A DNA stretch of 63,370 nucleotides, the filler included, from Bipalium vagum (Eukaryota): assembly GCA_037834085.1 (NCBI GenBank). It is 3 parts of 3 records of this genome, joined end to end, with 100 filler letters (N's around TTAATTAATTAA, not from the genome) between each part and the next. Parts side by side here need not be neighbours in the genome. Positions count along the whole stretch, not along the records: positions 41,401 to 63,370 come from JBBMKC010228423.1; 2 more parts are not named here. One strand, written 5' to 3'. Made by a program: the position numbers and the translations under genes. How positions within the stretch are numbered: the first letter of the stretch is position 1; every line of letters begins with the position of its first letter. Under the pieces are notes generated by a model. It saw nothing but the letters and a program-made list of their open reading frames with translations. It ran no database searches and was not told the origin of the DNA. Positions 57,491 to 63,370 of this stretch are shown piece by piece.

Positions 57491-58367
57491 TAATTACAGG
57501 AGGTACACACTCTGCACACACAATTAATTGAAAAGTTTTTTTTTGTTTTTTTGGTTCTTTTTCTCAATGACTACATTTTGATTGAAGACAGTGGAGCTTG
57601 GTTGTTTGAAAAAATCACTGGTTTTGAGCATATTATTCTACTGTATGTGAATTAAGCTGAACACCAACGATTAGAATTTTATATTTACGTAATTTTTTAT
57701 ATTTTTATTTTTACGGAATTTATTATTTTGGAAAAAATATCTCCATGAATAATTTTTCAATTTGTTCAAATAACTGATTCCAAAATTTAATATTGACTAT
57801 ATACTTTGTCAAAATAAAAATTATTATCGAAAAAAAATCGATGTTATCTTGAAAATTTTTATGACAAACAAATTCCTCTTATAAAAACGAGAAACATTTA
57901 TACGAAATTTTTCCATTCGATAATTATTATATTAAATTATCAAATTATAAAATAAATTAATCAACATTTTTTTTTCAGTCTTTCCGTAAAACTTTCTCTA
58001 AGCTTTCTCCAAGATAGATCTTCTGGAAAAACGTGTGGAAAACGCTGAAGAAAAAAAAATTGTCAAAATTTTGAGTCTTTGGTTCTTGGTAAAAATTTTT
58101 GACATTTTTTTTTCATCTTTAAAAGTTGCAATTAAAAATCCAAATAATTTTATTAATTTAAACATTTACTTATAAATTATTTTGTCCGGAATTTTGTTTT
58201 ACTATGCAATAGAGTCCATAGCGTGAGACAGTCGTATTTAATTATCTGCCATTAATGAAGAACATAAACAGCCTTTTCTATTTCCGATAGACAGGCAGAT
58301 AGTGTTGGAGAATTGGGTTGTATAATTGCCATCAATCAATAATGTTATTCACATTGGCTACATTATA

Positions 58368-58470
58368 ATGGGCGGTACACGCTTACAAAATAGCGGCCTC
58401 TTTGATCATACCGACACTTAGAAGAAGTACAAGAGAGGTAGAGCGATTTGGAGATAGAGAGCGGGATTAG
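58368..58470. promoter_or_regulatory. Second candidate TCF/Helper module
   Basis: GGGCGGT 58370, GCGGCC 58393 directly before CTTTGAT 58400, ACCG 58410, GAGAGCGGG about 58457 (same word as at about 57379). Confidence 0.5.
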
Positions 58471-60689
58471 AGGATTATTTGATTGTTGGTCTCATGTGCC
58501 GTGGAAGAGGTCTGATTTAATAATTGTGCTATTTTCTTCCTATCTCTATCTCGCTCTCTCATGTTAATTCTTTTGTGCTTCTTGTTCTAGTTTTTTTTCA
58601 TGCCATCTGGGTTCCACGCTTTCATTTTTGTTTGTTTTTCTATTATTTTGTCAATTGCTTGAAATGGTTTCTCGGAATTGTTTTGGAATCCCGATTTCAA
58701 CCAAATCCCTTCACAATCTGTTCCTCCACGTGGCACACAATTGAAATAAAATTATTTTTAAAAAAATACAATATATAAATAATAGTAAAAAATAATCATT
58801 CCATTTAAGAATGTGTGTACTTAAGTTTGTGTGTGTGTGCCCTTTGGGTGGGGTGAATTTACAGAAGAGATCTCAACAATTCTAGTTGACCTCTTTATTG
58901 GAGCCGTCTTGAATTTAACTAAAATTCAAGATCAATATTAGTAAATATGGACATTCAAATAATTGCTTATGTCTATAAATTTAAAGATTTCCATTTGGAA
59001 TGAAATTATTCTCTAAAAAATCATTGAACAATGGAAAAAATTTCAGATCAAAGTCATCATAAAGATTGGTGATGATTAATTTTTCTCGTTTACTAAAATA
59101 AAATTTGAACTGGAGATCCTAATGGATAGTGGGAATACTCTAAAAATAGTTTCATATTAATAATGCAAAAGAAAATCAAACCGATTTTACATATGGAATT
59201 GAATTATTTAAAAAAATGATCACCGTGTACAGTTTGGATTTTGATGAAGACTTTGATTTTATCAATTTCATAAAATATTAAGCTCAAAATTCAAAAGCTG
59301 ATGTTAAGGTTTCGCAGTGATCGAACAAATATGAATATTATCATGGTAATTGTTGGCTTATAGGGATCATCTAGTAGATGAACCATGAAAAATGAGAACA
59401 TTCATTTCTGAATCTTGGATATAAAATGCAAAATATTGAAAAATAATATAAATAAATGATAATTATTTTTTTAATATTTGTTTTATTTTGTTTTAATTTG
59501 GAAATTTACTGTCCAATCGGATTTGTTATTTTTAATTTTTAAAAATTATAATATTTATGTTTTTTATAATATTTATATTATATTTTAATATTTAATAGTT
59601 AAAATTAAAAAATAATTATTTAATTAATTAAAAAAAATAATTAAAATTTTATAAACTGTTGGAAAAGGAGTATAATGGAAATATTTACACATGGAAAGTA
59701 ATTAACACATTTTAATTCATACACAGTAAAATACACATATAATTATTGTAAATAAAAATATTCATTAATGTTTAAACAAAAAATATTTCCATAAATGCAC
59801 AGTTTTTTTAGCTTGACATTTTTAAATTTTAGACAAGTTTTGAATAAAAAAGTAATGCATTTTTTTTGTTTTTAAAATAAATTTGAAATTAAAATAGTAA
59901 AGTTGTTACAGTTGTGATAAGCGATAAGGAGAAACAAAGCACAAAAAATAACAGGAAAAATTATATATATAATGTTTATAAAAAAAATATATAATATTTT
60001 AGGCATTACTAAGCAGACAACTTTCAGGGAAAGGAAAATTGAGGGACAAATATCAAAATTTAACTGCTGAGTAAATAATAGCAAGGAAAGTGGATTAATG
60101 GCAAACATGGGATTTAGATAATTAACTAAACAGTAAGTTTGTTCTTAATTATCAGAGATTTTCTTTTAAGATACTTTGATTTCCTTTTAATTTTAATAGG
60201 AGACTTCGATTTTTTAATTTCTTTTTTCGTACTTCTCGCTTATATCACCTCATCAATTTTAAATAAGTTCGCCGAATTATATTTTTCAGAATTGTAAAAA
60301 TTGTAAATTATTTGCATTATTTTTCGTCTTAGATTTGTCTTAGAATAAATTTCTTCCAACGCAAATATGTTATTTAACCATAAATCATCAAATCTTTCCT
60401 TTTCGTTTTTGATAATATTTCCTTATGATCTAAAAATTATTGAAGGTACCGTAATTTATCTCATTTCCACTTTTATTTATTTATTCCTCTCTGTAACGTG
60501 CTTATAATTTCTTCTTCCAGCACAGTTTTGTTGAATTTCAACAAATTTTCTTTGAAATATTTTTTTTCAAAAAAACGTCACAATGTTCCCAACAACCTAA
60601 TATTTCTGATATTTTTAGGTTTCAAAATCACCAATCATTCTCACTTTGGATAAGTACCTTACATAATTTTCAGTATTATTATTCGAATA

Positions 60690-61838
60690 TTATGTTTATA
60701 ATTTAGAAATGCGCGTTTTACTGATGAACATTTTATATAGCATAAACTATTATATTATATTTAAAATATTTTTTTAATATTATCTTTCATTTCATTCACT
60801 TTTAGTTAGAAAATAAACTCAGAAATGTGGAAGATCAAAAATACAAAATTAACATTTGTGTGTGATATGATTTCAAACAAGAAAAGACCGCCAAAGAATT
60901 ATAACAAACAATATTCTTTGTTTGGTAATATTGTTATTAGTAATAGTCAATGCAGGAGATGATTTCAACGATATTAATATGGAGATATAGATCTCAAAGA
61001 TAGTCAGCATTGACGTTGTCTTTTAACAATAAATGATGACTTAAAAGAAATCATTGAGACAAATTGTAGAAAAACTATTCGAGAACTTACTGAGAGGTTG
61101 AAATTCACTTACTTGACCGTAGCAAATCATTTACATTTAATTTGGAAAATAATTAGTTGGAGTAAATGTATCCCACATCAACTTATTCTTCAAAACATAG
61201 AAGTACGTTTTGCCTAAATTCAAGAATATTAATTTGGTTGGAAAAATCCTTGTCAGATGAGAAATGGAAACATTTTGAAAATCCATGGAGAAAATGGCAA
61301 TGATTAAACTCTGATGTAAGGCCAATTCCGACTCCAAAATCAAAAATAGTTGTTTACAAGTAAAAGCGATGCTCTGAGTGTGATGAAACATGAATGTTTT
61401 ACATTTACTTTTAAACACTGAATCCTGGTCCGGCGATTACAGATGCTCTGTGTGCAGAACATGTAGATCGCGTATTTCAATTACAGAGTGTAGATGAGAC
61501 AAAAATAAATTTTACACCGAAAAAAGTTCTACCTCTCGAGATAAAAATAATTCAGGGAAAAATAAAAGAAATTGATTGGAAATTTCTGCTTCATTCGCTA
61601 TCTAGTCCTGATTTAGCTATATCGGACTTCCACTTATTCAAGTCAATGGAGCGATCTTTGGCTGGAAAAAATTTCAAAATATTCAAGAATCGGACTTAGG
61701 GTGACCGTAACCTTACTAACTGAGAAAAGCGAATTCTTCTAGAATGGTGTTCGTTCTATTTGTGAACGAAGAATAGCAGATTAATATAAATATTTGTTGT
61801 TTCGGCATAAGAATTCGGTTTTCTAAATTAACCTTATA
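60690..61838 (+). mobile_element. Near full-length decayed mariner
   Basis: YDFKQEKTA, GDIDLKD, IIETNCRKTIRELTE, CIPHQL, HSLSSPDLAISDFHLFKSMERSLAGKNF; degenerate termini (..TAATTTAGAAA..). Confidence 0.8.
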
Positions 61839-61949
61839 TCTTTTCACAATAAACATTTATTCCTATTTCGCTAGATATTCTGAAATTATTTCTACAATAT
61901 TTTACTCGTTGATTATCATTTTCCCAATTTCAAACTCTCTTCTTGCTAT

Positions 61950-62350
61950 TTAAATCGCTTCAACTTTTAAATTGATGTAAAATATTCAACACCCTTCTGG
62001 ATCATTAATGATATTTCCTTTAAAAAATGAGAGAACTGAATTTTTTATAAAAATATTTGTTAAAGAAATTTCTGGGTTATGTGGTGGATATGACAGAGCG
62101 AGTCAACCAAATTTTATTAATCTATCTCGGTTTGATATTGTAGAATTATCATGTTGTAGTACTCTTCCTGAAGTAAGTACTGGACCTGTACCTATGACCA
62201 TTTGATTTGAAAAGAACAAATGAGCAAAATAGATATTAGTGTTAATAGTTTCTATTTTAGAAAGTAACTCATAATAACTGAACTTTATTCGTCTCAAAAA
62301 CAATTACACTATTCATTTATTCACAATAATACTGAGCTCTGAAACATACT
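61950..62350 (-). mobile_element. mariner catalytic fragment
   Basis: VLQHDNSTIS..LIKFG*LALSYPPHNPEIS. Confidence 0.55.
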
Positions 62351-63321
62351 GTTGCACCTGATCCTGTACATAATCCATTTCTTATCTCTACTTATCAGTC
62401 TATCTAGAAAAGTTTCGTGCTATTGCCTACCGAATAGAGCAAACCTAACATCTATCTTAATTTTAGATGATCATTAAGAAGAATCCATTTTTAAAATGTT
62501 TCAAAATCTTTTTTGATAACTTATATCGTCAATGATATTCTCGGTTGTAATGTTTCTCAAAAGCAGAAAGTTCTTAAGTGTTACAAATGCTAGTGCAATC
62601 CTTAGCTCAACTAATTACCTAGAGGTTGCTATGCGCAAAGTCTCTTAAGCTCGTGATCTATTAAAATCAAAAGTATAATGTTTCTCTTGATGGATAGGAT
62701 TTACAATAATCATAGGAGTAAACCAAAATAACGTATAACAACACTAAGATTTATTAAATCGGCAATTCAAATCACTAAGCGAAATATCAATATCAATACC
62801 GCAATACTTCTCAGAAGCGCATATTTCCAACCCCAATCGATTTAAGACCAGTATGACTAACTAATGATGAAATATGTTGAATTGCGTAGAATAAAATAAT
62901 AATAGGAAAATATGACTAATTCAAATATAACATCGAATAAAATCAAGTGAAAAGAAAAGTAGAAGACACGTATCATGGAACTAGAGGACTGTGACTACGT
63001 TTCTGCATCAACCATGTAATCGGTCAAGGTCCAAGATCACTGGAAGGCATGAGAAAAATGGGAAAACACACTTACACCATGGTCAAAATTTCCTCTTTTT
63101 GATATCACCCAAATTTCTTTCTAATTTTTCAGTTATCACAATTTATTATCATGACAATTTCGTTTTGATTTTGCCTGCTCAGTAAGCTCTTTATTTGGTA
63201 GTAGAGGAAGATTTTTTAAAGAACTAATTTTTATTATTTTATTTATTATTTATATAGGTGTTGGGTTTACCCAAGACACCCCCGGGGAAAAACAAGTAAG
63301 AAAAACCGTAAATAGAGTATA

Positions 63322-63370
<49 letters not shown>
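63322..63370. repeat. (AAT)n microsatellite at the window end
   Basis: Directly visible; similar tracts at about 29650, 35635 and 38209. Confidence 0.9.

Noticed and set aside
62440-62900. Possible MULE relic on minus (YDYCKS, LRIALAFV)
   Set aside because: Too degenerate to call.

Overview
Very AT-rich animal genomic DNA. A lophotrochozoan, possibly a flatworm, is my inference from the gelsolin type and the intron style; it cannot be proven here. The window is four sequence pieces separated by two artificial 100-nt spacers (44N-TTAATTAATTAA-44N at 22097-22196 and 41301-41400) and one 161-N gap. Four spliced host genes were reconstructed by hand. (1) A complete 6-exon mitochondrial PP2C phosphatase PTC7/PPTC7 (+, 1113-10924, 324 aa) whose last metal-binding Asp motif reads GGNPGDIT instead of GGKPDDIT. 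(2) MAPKAPK2/3 exons 1-4 (+, 15098-17571), whose next, phase-matching exon lies on the opposite strand at 28518-28443. (3) A partial invertebrate gelsolin/severin-like gene (+, 35198-38571). (4) An Sp5/buttonhead zinc-finger gene (-, 56293-55220) preceded by a dense cluster of TCF/LEF HMG sites and C-clamp Helper sites, a candidate Wnt-response enhancer. Most of the remainder is more than 25 decayed DNA-transposon relics (several mariner lineages, Tc1, DD37D/DD41D-like, pogo, possible MULE), a MITE, a probable solo LTR and (AAT)n microsatellites. No intact transposase, tRNA, rRNA or CRISPR array was seen. All family assignments come from motif recognition by eye, not database searches.
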